Below, one piece after another: positions 48,996-62,803 of a stretch of 64,000 bases of DNA. The translations under genes and the position numbers were made by a program. Source of the stretch: Phoronis australis (Eukaryota; Animalia; Phoronida); NCBI GenBank assembly GCA_002633005.1, contig NMRA01000203.1, forward strand, positions 639,408 through 703,407, read 5' to 3'. The notes below the pieces were generated by a model. The model made no database searches. It was not told the origin of the DNA and saw only the letters and a list, made by a program, of their open reading frames with translations. The number at the start of each line of letters is the position of its first letter. Position 1 is the first letter of the stretch.

Positions 48996-50577
48996 CGGCA
49001 TAAGGAATAATTCTTTCACGCGAGTAACTAGGAAGCACTTTTACAAAGAATCAGTGCAGATGGTGATAGGAGTCACTATGCTTCCAGATCTTGCATACCC
49101 TTTTAATGAACATTTTGACGCTTTCATACTATTAAAACATTTTTGTTACTAATCTAACTGTACGTATTTTTAGTTATATAGCAAAAAATAAAAGTGAACT
49201 ATAAAATTTCTTGAGAAAACCCGAGTATTAGTACTTTATTAAATTAGATGTAAATCGACAGTTCGACTAGCCACAAACATTAACAACTTTTAGAACGATT
49301 GCAATGTTGATGGGACTTTGTTTTAAGGGAAAATGTGGTCTTCTAAGAGTGAAATTGATTGCAATAACATTCAATGAAAAGGAGGTCATGCCTAAATATC
49401 CAGCCCTTGCTACGTCCTGGTCGTCCTAGCTGCTTCTCAAACGATGTCCCCGGCCCATCCTGATAATACTCGTCGGCATGCCGGGATCCACCACCACACT
49501 TTTCAGAGGGCTACGATATGAGTTTGGGGCACTTTTCAATAAACGGGGGCGGGGCGGGGGGACAAACACAAGTTTTGACTCGGGGATGGCTTTTTGGGCG
49601 ATGGAAAAGGGAGCATGGCCCCATTTTGCCCACATGGCTGTGCCAGAATTTTCAATTTCATGTGAAAACATTCCATTTTGTTTCGCCCTTTACATTTTCT
49701 CTTTTAAGCCGATGAACTCATAACAAGAGAGAGGGAGGGAAGGAGTGACGGAGAGTGATATATTTTCATATCACATGCATAAACAGAATTACAGCAGTGA
49801 TTGGGTGGCCAGCGAAGGCATGGGCAGCGAATAGCAAAAATTAAATGACAAGTTTCCCCTTGTACCCAATATGCAAAGCGAACGGAGGGTGTGGGGATTC
49901 CGTTTTCATAGCGATGAGATTCCTCACCTGAAACGCCCAAGAAAGACAATCAAGTAGCAATTAAAAGACGGTGTCAAAATATCAGTTCCCTACACTCCGC
50001 CATTCATGATTGGCGAAGGACACGATCTGCTTTCCCAAAAAATAAAGATCAACTATAAGTAGTAATTTGCGTTCTGACAGCATCGTGCAAGTACAAAAAG
50101 TGCTGCCCAAGGAAATGTGTGAATGTCACAATGTTTAACGTCCACTAAATTTAAAGCAAAGTTTGGGTAGGAGCCGTAAATTTTTACCTGCTGAGTTGTT
50201 CGCTAAAAGGGCACCAAATGCTGATTACGAAAAATACAATGTACAATATTACGATTTAAGTCTTTAGAAATGGAGCTGACTAAAAGACTTCGAAAGAACA
50301 GAGTGCTTGACTGTGCCACTAGGCAAGTTGGCTAGTCACAGCATCGTTTTACGCGCCAGTTACAGTCTCAAGGAATAGCCCACTGTCAGTTCTTTGCAGC
50401 AAACCCAGAAATCACTTCAATCTCATCTAAGCAAGGAACAAGGCAAGATCAATTCTATAGCTGTAAATGATCCAAGTCAAAAACTCTATCTTGACAGGAA
50501 CAAGGGTTAATAGCCACTAAAATAAAAAACAGAAGCTAAAAAACAAAAAAATAGAAAGAAATTTTGACTTTAAGAGC

Positions 50578-50583
50578 TTTATT
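50578..50583 (-). terminator. candidate polyadenylation signal for CMTR1
   Basis: AATAAA on the - strand ~580 nt after the stop, followed by a U-rich downstream tract. Confidence 0.5.
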
Positions 50584-51162
50584 CTTCACAAAAAATCATA
50601 GCAAATGTAATAGTGTGACGGTTTTGTACAAAGCAGTTTTGTTACAAAATTATTTTGAATTATTTACAAACATTGGCATTTCATTCAGTTAAAGGGGCAT
50701 GTTACCTTTTTTGAAAGTACTTGACTGTGTCAATTTGTAAAATTTTAGTTATCTACTTAGTTTAAATACTAAAAAGATACTTTTATTTATCAAGTCATAC
50801 CTTTATTGCACAAGTATAATTGTTAGTATGAGGATCATAAAAAGGTCTGTGGTTGTCTTGACCATGAAGCAAAGTAACTTCAGGTTGGAAAAATTGCAAT
50901 TTTCACTAACTTCCTTTTCAAAATACTTATTTTTATAAAAAGAAAAATAAGCTGAACTGAACACAACACCTTCAAAACTGGTAACATTGCCCTTAGGTAA
51001 GCACTCTAGAAAGGGATGACTTGCTAATACTTTACACAATATCACTTGTCAGGGAGACAGAGTCACCTCATAGTATTCCAAACAAGGGTTTACCCAGTAA
51101 AAGGTAACATTCATAAAGGACTCTGAGCAAAGAAAGTAGTGTTGAACCTAAAGGTCTGTGAG

Positions 51163-51307
51163 CTAATTCCTCTGGAATGACAGCTTGTTTGAGAGAAACA
51201 GCTCAATGTCTTCCCTAGACACTGAATCAGAGTGGCCTCTTGGTTGACTGTCCAGAATACGGGTTCCGTCTTGCCACTCCCAGACTAATCGATTCAGAAT
51301 ACAAGAC
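51163..51307 (-). CDS. CMTR1: CMTR1 terminal coding exon
   Basis: tcttgtag|GTCTTGT ... AATTAG. RLVWEWQDGTRILDSQ. Confidence 0.93.
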
Positions 51308-54300
51308 CTACAAGACGAATGGAAATTAAGCAGTGAACTACTGGCCAAACTCAACCTTTCAAGTTATATCAAGTTAACCTTAATGGCCACCCTCGTCTAA
51401 AATTTCACTTTTAAATTAACATGCTCGGCTTAGTACCCACTCAAATTTGTATGACAGAGACTTCCTTAAAAGTGGCAATGTCTTCGTGAACACCTGTTTC
51501 TCCAGAATTTTAACTCTCAAAACATTCGCAACTAACCTTTCAGTTATGGAGTCAGTCTTAGAAGCACCTCACCATGTACTGGTAAGAAAATACCCACTTT
51601 TGACTGAAGGAGACGTGAAATGGTTCTTACAATTCATGCACATTCGAAGATTTTCATACTTACCTAGGTGCAAAATTGGTGAAGACACTTGCATATTAAG
51701 CAAATAGGCTATCTGGGTTACTCAACACCTGTCCCCACTAACTCGAATTTTTTTTAAATGAGCAAGTTTGGCTTTGATGCATAACTGCCTCAGACAAGTA
51801 AGATACAAAAATCAGAAAACTTACTGCTGTCATGTTAAGGAATATTTTAAGGCTTATATTTAGATGTAAGGCGAGTATTTTTAACAACTGAATGTGAACA
51901 CCCCATAAAGTGCCTTGGGTACTTTTGCGGAAACAAAAATCTCTTCAATTTGTTCTTGTTCTCAAAATATGCCCAGCCGAATGTTATCTGTTGGCGTAAT
52001 TGAATCTGACATTTTACATTATATAATAAGATGATGACGAGAGCAAGTGAATTGATTACCGTAATTAGAATGCACTTATACTGTAACAACACTTAGGATT
52101 CATTTGCACCTCAGACTATTTCTAACAGTACATCATTTCAAAGACCGCCTCTTGAAGAAGGCAGAAAAAATACTAGGAAACTCTTACGATTATAGCTTTC
52201 AATGCTCAAACCTAACAAAACCAAACTTTTCTTTATGCATTTTTAAACATCACCAGTCATTTATCACTTCCTTCATTTCCAAAAAAGTGTCTACGGGCAC
52301 TTTCTGGTGATGTGAACTTTATCACAAATCTCCAATCTAATTTAAAAGATTGACAATTATCAAAAGCAAAGAGTTCAGAACACATCTACAAATTATTGTT
52401 GCCAGTAGAAGCACAAAGGATGCTGCAAATAATCAGAATAGGCAACAATCATGGCATGGTATTTTCATGAGCCAACTTCAAATAAAAAGTTTCATTTAAA
52501 TGGCGATAGTTTTTCACATCCTTCAATTAGAGTAATGTGCGATAAGAAATGTGCCCATGATTGCATCACAAAGTGTATGCTTCTAGATGCATATATTACC
52601 GGTAGTATCATAAAATGGCCACTAGATGCCACAGAATACACCGAACCAATCCAAAAATAGGGAGGCGTCATCTCCCTAAAAGAAAACTATTTGCCACATT
52701 TCATGAAAATCTGTCACAGAAATCCAAAGATACAGGCGTAAACATAGAAAACCAAATTGCCACTATGAGACACACAACAGATGTCAAATTGATGGCAATA
52801 CACTTGTCAAATTTCACAAAGACCATAGCACCTAAGTGTATCACAGAAACGGTCACTAGATGGCGCAAAATAAATCGAATCCTTCCGAAAACGAGAATTT
52901 GTCATCATTTCTTTAATAGAAAGCTATTTACCAAATATATAAATCCGTCAAAGAAACAGAGAAAACAGAAAAAAAATTGCTAGCTACCATAGGGTTATGG
53001 GCGCAAAAACAAACATAACTGCCACTAGGAGCCGCCACAGAAGTCAAAGTCAGAGAACCATCGCCAACTGTCCTCTTCACTCTAAGAACACACATGCCAA
53101 TTTTCACAACCATCCTTACCGTGATTTGATTGATAGAGGGCAGATTCAAAAAAACAGACCACAAAACAGTAAAATGGCCACTAGATGGCACAAAATACGT
53201 TGAATCCAGAAAACAGGAACATGTGATCCTTTCAACAGAAAGCTGTTTACCAAATTTCAGAAAATCCGTCATGGAGCTTGAATTAGACAAACAGAGGAAA
53301 ATGGAAAAAAAATCAAATTGCCAATAGGAGGCACAGCGTTTGTCAAATCCCACTGAAAGTCGTCACTGTTCGTTGTCAACTTCATATAAATACATTTGCT
53401 AAATTTAATAACGATTTTGTAGAGCATGGGTGCAAAAAAACTGACACTAGGGAGCGTCACAGTAATTGAAGTCGTTGAAAAATCATCGTCAGCCCTTTTC
53501 GTCACACTAGGAAGGTATATGTCAATGTTCACAATCATCCATATAGTGGTTTGATTGACAGAGGGGTGGTCACCAACAACCGGACTTGAAAACGGTAAAA
53601 ATGGCCATGAGGTGGTGAAAAATACTCAATCCGATGAATCAATCCAAAAACAAATAGATAGCTTCACCTCACTTATACATGCCTATCTGCCAAATTGTAT
53701 GGAAATCCATTGAGAACCTTTGAAGGTAAAAAACTAAATTGCCATACATATATGTTTTCTCTCCACCATTTACTATAATTTTTTATGGATATGTGCACAC
53801 AGTTTTTCATTTTAACAACGATTCCAGAAATATGAAATTTGCTGTAAGCCTTCTAAACTTCCCAAGATTTAGAAATGTTCCGAACAAATATATAAACTCC
53901 TTAAATGAAGGCATTTATAGAAAATCAACACAATAAGCTGAAGTGGGAATCATAAACTGAAAATGCCATTGATTCATACAAATGGTGGCGGGATGTTTAT
54001 GCTTGCTCCCTTAATTTATTTCTAATGATTTGAGTTTAAATTGGTTCCTTATTAGTTTTCTTCATCCAACTATCATCACATACTAGTCAAAACTAGTATC
54101 ATCCAAAAGTCAAGATCCTTGAACATTTTAAAAAAAGCCAGAAGAAGTAACTCATCTTTGCTGGGATTGTGTTGTAATGAAAACTTTCTGGTCTACAATG
54201 AGTCAATGGGTATTTTCAAAAAACAAAAATTTCCTTAACCTCTCTTAAAGAGATGTTTTCTATTACACGAATCATATACAATTAATTTTCTGCCAACAAC

Positions 54301-57300
54301 TCAGCAAGATTACTCCTTCAATAACTTTTTAAGGAAGAAGACGTTACAATCTCGCAAACTGTCAATACGAAAGCTTCTGAAAGATGATGGTACTTTTTGG
54401 CTCTAGTTTCTTTGAATAATAGCTTATAATAGATTCTTGGTGGAACAAAACTAGTCAGTAAATCTTTCTTCAAGAGGAACACACCATTCATGTCCTCACC
54501 ACAAAGTATATTATTTGTTTCAAAATAATGTAGTATAATTCAAATTTTTCAGAAAACATTTCAGTGTCCAAAGAAAAATAAAATGTGTTTTCCATACACA
54601 CACTCACCTCACATTGGCAATAGAGTCGGGTGGGAGTTCAAATGTAGATTGATGAGTTATCACGTTATACCAATATTTTCTTTGCTGACTTTTGCTAAAT
54701 GCCATCAACCAAGGATCTGAAATACCATAGTTCATGAAATAAGTTCTCAAATTGTACTAACTGCAGTCAACCAAAGAGTTTGAACAATGCATTACAACCA
54801 CAGGCACCCAACACATTAACACATAACCCGTAACCTTCATGTTGAAAATCTGTATTTTGCAAGTGAAAACTGTCCGATTTCCAACATTTCCAGTAAGTTG
54901 CAATTTCAATGAAAAGATGGTGTGACACATCTGAACACCAACAATTTCTAGTTTCATATTGTGTTTAACTACAAAAGTGACATTACGTAAAAACTCAGTT
55001 CATCACATGTTTTTTGGCCTTTGATGCTGGCAAGGTTGATTTCTCCCCATCAGACCATGCCCCAGCAGATCTCAACATCCTGTTGTAATTTGCTGTTCCA
55101 TGTTGATGGTTAAAACGCTCGGGTTTTCAGTTCTAAAGTCACCATGCCAAAGTGTTGTGAAATTTCTTTCTCATTTTCTAAAATCTAGTAATTTAATTCT
55201 ATAGAATAATAGTCTCTGAAATTCCACTCTAGAAATCTTGACAAGGCTTCCAAAGCAGTTGATAGCCCACAATGCAGAGACAAGTAAGTGCTTTTCAGTC
55301 TTTCACAAACTAACTGTAACTGACCAATCATGAAAAGGAAACTTTGTATGTAAATAACATTACACACTGGAACTCAGGAAACATTTTATTGGTCGTATCT
55401 TGTGCTCTCGAATATTTCCATAAGTTTCTTTTATTATGCTTCGATCATTACTGGTCTGGTGCTTAAAACTCAGATAATTTAAAGATATTTTTTACTTTCA
55501 GCTCCCAGCAAAAAAGCAGGAACTGTTACACAACAAAGTTTAGAAAATTGAACTGTTAGAGATTTACTAAATGATGATGGCACAATTCTGACTTTACAAT
55601 CATTAAAAAGAAAATTTGGTATAAAGGGAATGTTTTTGGACCAATACAGGCTTGTGAAGTCATTTCCGCAAATTTGGTTAGATACCCTTTACCAGTCTTA
55701 GTATGTAAAACAAAAATTCCCGATAAGTTCGACTGCATATAGTCAGTGCTCAAATGAGGTGCTCAAAGTTTAGGAAGACATTCGTCAGAAATGTGGAAGC
55801 CCCAAATAGACATGTGGATGGAGCCCTGCAGAAGTGGGCTAGAGATTTAAACCTTACTAATCTGTTGAGGACTTTAATTGGTCCAAAATGTATTGATCAC
55901 TGTATGTTTTAAACGTTAGATTCATATTAAGGTTATATATTAACGTTAGATTCATATTAAGGTATCTCCAGTACAAAATTGTATGCCGTGTTATAGCAAC
56001 AAAATTAATGTATTTTTGACGTTAATTAAAGTTCAAGAGAATGACTTATACACATTTTGGTCTGAGCATAAAGAGACTATATTACATTTATTTGTGGAAA
56101 GTAGATAAGTAAGAGAGTTGTGGAGGAAAGTTTGTGCTGATTTCCTTAGGATCGATATTTTAAACGGCCTTGACATTCTGTTAGGAAACACCGAATGTAA
56201 CAAGTATAAATCTTGTAGTCTTAATAACAAAAAATGTCATTTATCCATGTAGAATGCAGAACACAATTCTGATGTCACTAGAGTGGGTGGTGAGATTTAA
56301 CTTCTACGTGACAGGATGGCATGCAAAAGCATTGCTAAACTACATAACTGTATTGATTCAATGCATTTTAGGCCATCTTTCAATTCTTATTTTTTAGGAT
56401 GGCTGCTTTGTTATATTCACACCAAAAAGAATGTTGCAGTGGACTATGCTTTCAATTGTGGTGTTCACAGGTAACAAGTGTTATTTTCTATCCTATTACA
56501 CACACATCACTAAGTTATCTATGATGTCATCGTATGTCTACAAGCCAACAGCCATCCCACGATCATTTGAAAAATGAGAGCAGTGCTGTAGATGAAACTT
56601 CCAAATTAGCTCCTTAACACGCTTTTCATTTTTGATTGGATTTATATCAAAGATATATTCAATTTTCAGCATTTCCCAACAAAACAACTTTTCATTTTCA
56701 TTTCATATCCACCATTAAAATAAAAAACAAAACAATCTCTGAACATATAAAAAAGCCCTTATATTATGAAAAAAGCCGTCAACTCGAAAATAACAATAAA
56801 ATCAGTAATTATACATTCCTAAAAAACAAAGCCTTTCATCTAACCATAAACATCTGACAGAACTCGCCAGTTTAAATAGAGCATGATCAAAGCTATTACA
56901 TCTTCATTCAAACTTGCACTTTGTTGAAAGAACAGAACTGACAAAGAGTGTCTGTTATACAATGCACAACGTTGTATTTTTGCACGAGTAATTTGAACAT
57001 CTCACCCTCCCCCTTCCAAAAATGCTGTGAAACATCGCTGTCATACATTTTTGAATTGTAAGTGTGCAGTTGTCCCACAAAAATTCTATTACCTTCCAAC
57101 CACATACTTCAGTTATTTCAATGGATTTCAAATACATGGGAAAGAAGCAACACCTGCACTCCTTGACAAGGACTATTCCGTAAAACTGTTTAGCTATCAC
57201 ATACCTTCTACAGTTTTAATGAAATAGACACCTTTTGGTACAAAGTACTGCTGTTCAAGATGTGAGTAACACAACACTGGGCGCCCACCAGAACCCTTCA

Positions 57301-58683
57301 CCACTCTGCTTTGTATTCTACAATGAGCAAGTAATAGTTGTATGCTACATTTGATAGTGGATGGACAAATTATGAATTTCCTGGATAAACTGACATGCAA
57401 GAAGGTCATAGAACACATAATACATTGTTTTAACAGCCAAATGCTCAAAATGTCCTTCACCAATTGCAATTGGAACCTTTTGTCAACCACTGCTAACAAA
57501 TGGAAGAAAACAAAAGCTGTGACAACAATCTAACTAATCAGTACTGTGCTTCTGGGCCCAGTTGCATAAAAGTTATGTGCTGTAAAGCAACAATAAAGTC
57601 GCATTATCACGAGTCACGTTGCTCTTATTGAACAATGCACCTGACATCATGCAACACTCAAACATCTCCAACAGACAATTTTGAAGTTTTATGCAACCCA
57701 GTCCTGATGATATCACTGGGTTCAAATCCAGATTTTTTCCATTTTCAATGCACAGCAACCGAAAAACGCTTTGACATAGTACAAGACGAAAGTATTCAGA
57801 CGAAACAGCATTTCCCCATAATGATGACTTAATTCTGTCAACAGTGAAGACATTACTGTATAATGGCTAAGGCACTTCACTAACTTAACAGACAGTTAAT
57901 TCCACTTCATTCTCGGTCATGTGATAAGATTGTTCTGACGACAAATTCTGCTTCCTTCCATTATGAAGGGGAATTCTGGGTCATTTTGTCTAAATACATT
58001 CGTGTTTTGTGTGCTGTATGTTTTGCTGTGCTCTTCATCAATACAGTAACTCTTGCTGCTGGAATGATTTTCCAGGAAACTGCAGATATTTCAGTCGTTT
58101 CCTCAACTGCATCATATCCCACCTGAAAATTTCCCTTTATCTTGTTTGATCTATCTTGTCACGCCTATTGAAATGGATGCAGTTTTGCATTCTAAATAAT
58201 ACCATAAAAAGTATCTAGTTAGGAACAGTTTATAAACTTGGGAAACCAAGATTAAAGTCAAATTCTCGAATTTGGGGTGACTAAAATTGTTTTTCTCCAA
58301 TCTTGAACAAAATAATTATTTTTTCACTGCCCCAAACTGGAGAATTTTTACTCCATTTATTATTTAATAACAGCATACTAATTTCAAGTATACTTAAACA
58401 AGAGCATCACATTCATTCATATTTTGCTTAAAACACACAATTTGGGCATTCCAGGTATATTTCAGAAAACTTACTTTTGGAATACCTTGTCTATTTCTTC
58501 GAAGCGAAAGACATGTTTGGCTCGTATAGGGGCGAGGTCTTGGCGGCTGGTTTTAGTTACTGCTTTAGCCAGCTTCACCAAGCGCTCCATCCTGGCATTG
58601 AAGTGCTCATTCCTTACATCTACCCCGTACAACACAACAGCATCTAGCACATGAACAGCTGTGAGTCTGCGCTGACCTTTGCC
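51163..58683 (-). CDS. CMTR1: cap-specific mRNA (nucleoside-2'-O)-methyltransferase 1, last four exons: complement(join(51163-51307,54608-54716,57205-57317,58475-58683)); 5' part lies beyond the window
   Basis: Spliced product GKGQRRLTAVHVLDAVVLYGVDVRNEHFNARMERLVKLAKAVTKTSRQDLAPIRAKHVFRFEEIDKVFQK-IQSRVVKGSGGRPVLCYSHLEQQYFVPKGVYFIKTVE-DPWLMAFSKSQQRKYWYNVITHQSTFELPPDSIANVR-SCILNRLVWEWQDGTRILDSQPRGHSDSVSREDIELFLSNKLSFQRN*. It matches the CMTR1 guanylyltransferase-like and WW C-terminus colinearly. All introns are GT-AG with matching phases. Confidence 0.95.
52540..53740 (+). repeat. second, more diverged copy of the 47678-48995 repeat family, in CMTR1 last intron
   Basis: Shares tatcataaaatggccactagatg, cttcatataaataca..tgctaaattt and ccaattttcacaa.catc blocks. 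Confidence 0.75.
54608..54716 (-). CDS. CMTR1: CMTR1 exon (WW domain)
   Basis: atttcag|ATCCTTGG ... GTGAG|gtgag; 109 nt, phase 1 to 2. PWLMAFSKSQQRKYWYN. Confidence 0.93.
55540..56300 (+). mobile_element. degraded Tx1/L1-clade LINE ORF2 3' fragment in CMTR1 intron
   Basis: Frameshifted peptides NWSKMY, LQYKIVCRVIATK and NDLYTFWSEHKETILHLFVESR.VRELW match the L1/Tx1 C-terminal C.FC...ET..HLF..C zinc-knuckle region. Confidence 0.7.
57205..57317 (-). CDS. CMTR1: CMTR1 exon
   Basis: cattgtag|AATAC ... GAAG|gtatg; 113 nt, phase 2 to 1. Confidence 0.93.
58475..58683 (-). CDS. CMTR1: CMTR1 exon (GTase-like domain)
   Basis: ttctttag|GGCAAA ... CAAAA|gtaag; 209 nt, phase 0 to 2. Confidence 0.93.
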
Positions 58684-59212
58684 CTAAAGAATTCAAGAAT
58701 CATTTTCAACCAAACTAACCAGGGCCGTGGAATTTGGTTGTGCCCAGGAGCAAAAGCCGAACAAACAATTTTTACTTTCAGTCAAAAAATCTTAACAAGA
58801 GCAACACATTGCGTTGACCAGCAACCACTATAGATGGTGAAGATATAAGGGAATGTTGGATCTATTCGAGAATTAGCATCACTTATGCTCTCCTCATTTG
58901 GAACGCCTAAGTAAAATTTCAAGATCTATCAATGAATGAAATTCGTAAATATTGAGGCAAACTCTAAGAAACGTTAAAAGCTATCACAAGGGAACACCGG
59001 AACAGTCAAACTGGCACTGAAATCAACACCACCATTTTCATATACTAGATTGCACAGCTGAATCACTGAAAACCACTTTTGTCACTAGTTGTGCATGGGC
59101 TGAGGTGAGCACACATTGAAGACGGGCATTTTTCCAAAGAGCAATTTTATAGTTTTATATTGTGAAATCGTCATCCTTAATGACTCTGACAGCAACAGAC
59201 TCTAGGCAACAA

Positions 59213-59302
59213 TGAGGACCCCCATGGAAAGCAGTGTGAACTGATGAAACTACCCTCATTGTAAATATTACATTAAATAAATAAAAAAAACAATAAATAA
59301 AT
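59213..59302 (+). mobile_element. 3' tail of an L2/CR1-group LINE
   Basis: gaggacccccatggaaagcag...ctgatgaaactaccctc stem-loop followed by an (AATA)n tail. Confidence 0.45.
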
Positions 59303-59518
59303 GACAAAGTGTTTATCACATTTCGTTAAATTCACAAATGGCAGTTGGGAATTGCTTGGCTCCTCAGTAAATTTCACAAAATTGTCAACCACAAGTTTAT
59401 TCCGCACACTCGACTACTAGGAAAACACATTTATTTTTTGTGTGAAATAAGTAGAAAATTACTGTAGTCTATTGAAGTGAGATTGGGGGTACTTCCCCTT
59501 ACAAAAATGAATTTTTCG

Positions 59519-60000
59519 CTAAAAACTTAAGTTTTTGGTGGAAAAACTTAATTTTTTGGAAAATAACTTGAGTTTTTGACGATAAACTTATTAGTTTTCA
59601 AAAGGAAGTTTTCAAAACTTAATTTTTTTGTCAAAAACGTAAGTCTTTTGTCAAAAACCTAAGTTTTTAAGAATCATCTTAAGTTTTTCAGAAAACTTAA
59701 TTTTTTTCAATATGAAACTTAAGTTTTCACCAATAAAATTAAGTTTCAAGTAATAACTTAAGTTTTGATGAAACCTTAAGGTATTCGTACTATTAAAACT
59801 TAAGCTTTTCTGATAACTTAAGTATTTCACAAAACTTAAGTTTTTCGAATCATAAAAACTTAAGTTTTCCTGTTGACTTCATATTAAGTTTTTCACAAAA
59901 CTTAAGTTTTTCTAATTACAGAATCCTAAGTTTTCCTGATTTCTTAAGTTTTTCAAAGAGTTTTTCATGTTTTAAAACTTGTACGTTTTCTGAAAACTGT
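59519..60000. repeat. array of AAAACTTAAGTTTT palindromes
   Basis: About 15-20 degenerate copies of the 14-bp palindrome at ~20-35-bp spacing. Confidence 0.85.
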
Positions 60001-60997
60001 AAGGTTTCTGTGTTTAAAATGTACATTTTCAAGTTTCGAAAATTTGAATATTGGGTGATATTTGATTTTTATTGTTTGAATTATTCTAAAGTTTTCTAAC
60101 AAAAATTATTGTTTACTTACACAAAACCCATAATGTAATAAAAATGTATCCATGTAAAATGGACAAATTTGTTGCCTTGAATGTTTCCTTAACATTTATA
60201 TAAAATACATAAACCAACGAATGTTGAATTGCTTCAAACAATTAACTGCAGGTCTCTGTTGATTTAAATGTAGACAAACATCCGGCGACCAACAGTAGTA
60301 TTAATGCACCGAAATGTCCAACCCAGGAGACATTTACCTGATCAGCATATTGTAATCAATATCACTGGCGAAATTCTTAACAAAATGTAGTTTTTGTCAT
60401 GAGGGTCAGCCCTCTCAGGGAGGGACCTTGCTATCCCAGTTGCCCTCTGTGGCTCATGACAAAGCCGTCCTAACAATAGCTCTATAGTGAGCCAGCCAAC
60501 CACACAAATCACTTGTGCAGTATTACGTAAGCATTAACTAGGCCTTGGGCAGACACCAGAATAGAAGTTTCAGATATAACTATTTATGCATGTGTTAAAA
60601 ATTTTTGTACTATATTGAAAATTATTGATCAAAATCGATTACGTACAGTCGTCAAACGGCGAAAATTGATGCACAACTTGCCGAGAAACAAACCTTGTCG
60701 TCACTCAGCATTGAAGAATTAATACGCACGTAAAACGGCTTGAACCATTTGTTCAGTTTTGTCAACAAACGCTTCAAATGAGGACATTATACATTCATTA
60801 CGTTTTTTATATTCTATCAACACCGTTCTATTGATAATTTTCCNTCTATTGATATTTTTCCAAATTAAATTTAAAAATGTAGTTACTCTTTTTCAATTCT
60901 CTGAGAACTATTTCCTCGCGTATCAATAACCGGGTAATCAACTTCAGCGTCGAGCACTTTCCTCCGATGTCCGCCTAGTGTTTTGCTGCCAATAAAA

Positions 60998-61185
60998 ATG
61001 AAAAATAGACTTCAAGCTGTGGATGAAAACGGGCATTTGGAGCCTGCTACAGTAAGAACAACTGAGGGAGTTTGTTCAGCTTCGTTTCTCGGGTGGGGCG
61101 CGGAATATGACAGAGAAGTCTCCGAAGACGAAGTCAGACCAGCAGTGCCCTTATCGGACTCTGGCAAACTCGACGCTTTCAAGGG
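60998..61185 (+). CDS. possible first exon of an unknown gene antisense within a CMTR1 intron
   Basis: aaaATG start, 62 open codons, GC-richer than the flanks, donor |gtaag. No recognisable domain. Confidence 0.25.
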
Positions 61186-61592
61186 GTAAGTTTGTTAAAA
61201 ATGACGTACATTTACTGTATTTCTAAGAACACTATATTCTGTTTTTTTTTTGCAACGATCAGTAGCTCATCTTTCACGGTGTATGGCAGATCGGTCGAAT
61301 ATTTGAATTTGAAGCTCTGCTATTTTCCCCGCCATTTTGTAGTGTGTATTTAACACACTCATGTCACACAACATGGCTTTCGACTTGCAGTCTGTCTGCT
61401 TAAGCTCAAGATCGTGTAGGCTGTGCGTGAACTGTTTCTTGCTGGAACTGTTAAGCAGCAGTGGCATGATCCCCAACTGGTACTCTGTGACAAAATAGTG
61501 AATGTTTTATTTAAATGTTTTGTAATATTCACAACATAATATATGTTACTGGGCCTTGAAAATATGCCTGCTGTTCTGCCCTGCTTGGACCA

Positions 61593-61737
61593 GGGGTGCG
61601 TTCAGTAACGCTAGGACCTATGGTAGAACCTAGCTAAAGTCACGTGTTTTCATTTAACATACACGGCAATATACCGCGTAATCTCGCGAAGTCTTGCTTG
61701 TTAGCGAGGTCCTTGCTTTAATTACTGAACGGGAGGC
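61593..61737. mobile_element. ~145-bp MITE (same family as 44793-44933); duplicated at 61956-62100
   Basis: TIR ggggtgcgttcagtaacgctaggacc / ggtcctt...ttactgaacgggaggc. Confidence 0.7.
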
Positions 61738-62803
61738 AGAAAAGGCTTGCACATGTAGATATTTCCAAATTGAAACATTGAAGAAAATCTTAGCGTGCAA
61801 TGCTACCTCGCGATAACTTCGATGACGACAGCGGCACACAACCGCTTACTTTGATGTTCATTAACTACCGAAGCCAGTATGAACGNAATATTCACAACAT
61901 AATATATGTCACTGGGCCTTGAAAATATGCCTGCTGTTCTGCCCTCCTTGGACCAGGGGTGCATTCAGTAACGCTAGGACCTATGGTAGGACCTAGCTAA
62001 AGTCACGTGTTTTCATTTAACGTACACGGCAACATACTGCGTAATCTCGCGAAGTCTTGCTTTTTAGAGAGGTCCTTGCTTTAATTACTGAACGGGAGGC
62101 AGAAATGGCTTGCACATGTAGATATTTCCAAATTGAAACATTGAAGAAAATCTTAGCGTGCAATGCTACCTTGCGATAATTTTGATGACGACAGCGGCAC
62201 ACAACCGCTTACTTTGATGTTCATTAACTACCGTAGCCAGTATGAACGGTCCAGTTAACTGCGCTGGTTACGTCGACACTCCGCTCAGACCGGAGTTAAG
62301 TCAATATGAAAGGGTCTTTAGTTTATAAATCAGCCAATTTGTTTCATTAAAACATGTGATTATTTTTTGCGCTTTGGTCACACTCCTTGTTTTTAGAATT
62401 TATGTATTCAAAATAGTTATCATTATGAAGTATATTATTTATTTTTTGCCTCTTGTTTACTGTTCTGTGTGCTGATTAATGCTGAGTCCAAATCGGTGAC
62501 ACCCATAAGCAATGCCGTATAAGCCATTTCATACCACCCATTTGAAGAAATTTTGTGTTTTTGCATTGACGTTCCAGCATTGATGCGTAAAGATTACATG
62601 ACATGGTTATTTTTCAATACTTCTTACATGTTATGGTGGTTTAGATAAGTTCTTGTGTCTGTTAATACCGAAGGAGGGGTAGTGTCCTTTTAAAGTTAAA
62701 ACTTGTGCCAATTGGGAGGCACTTCTTGATATATTCTATATACTGCATCTTGTATTTCTTTAGACTTTGGACATAAAATTTTACTTAAATGCCTTAATTT
62801 CAG

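Noticed and set aside
61524-62248. 362-bp tandem duplication
   Set aside because: The copies meet exactly at a single N (61886) and differ by scattered substitutions. This is most likely two haplotypes or overlapping contig ends, not a real duplication.
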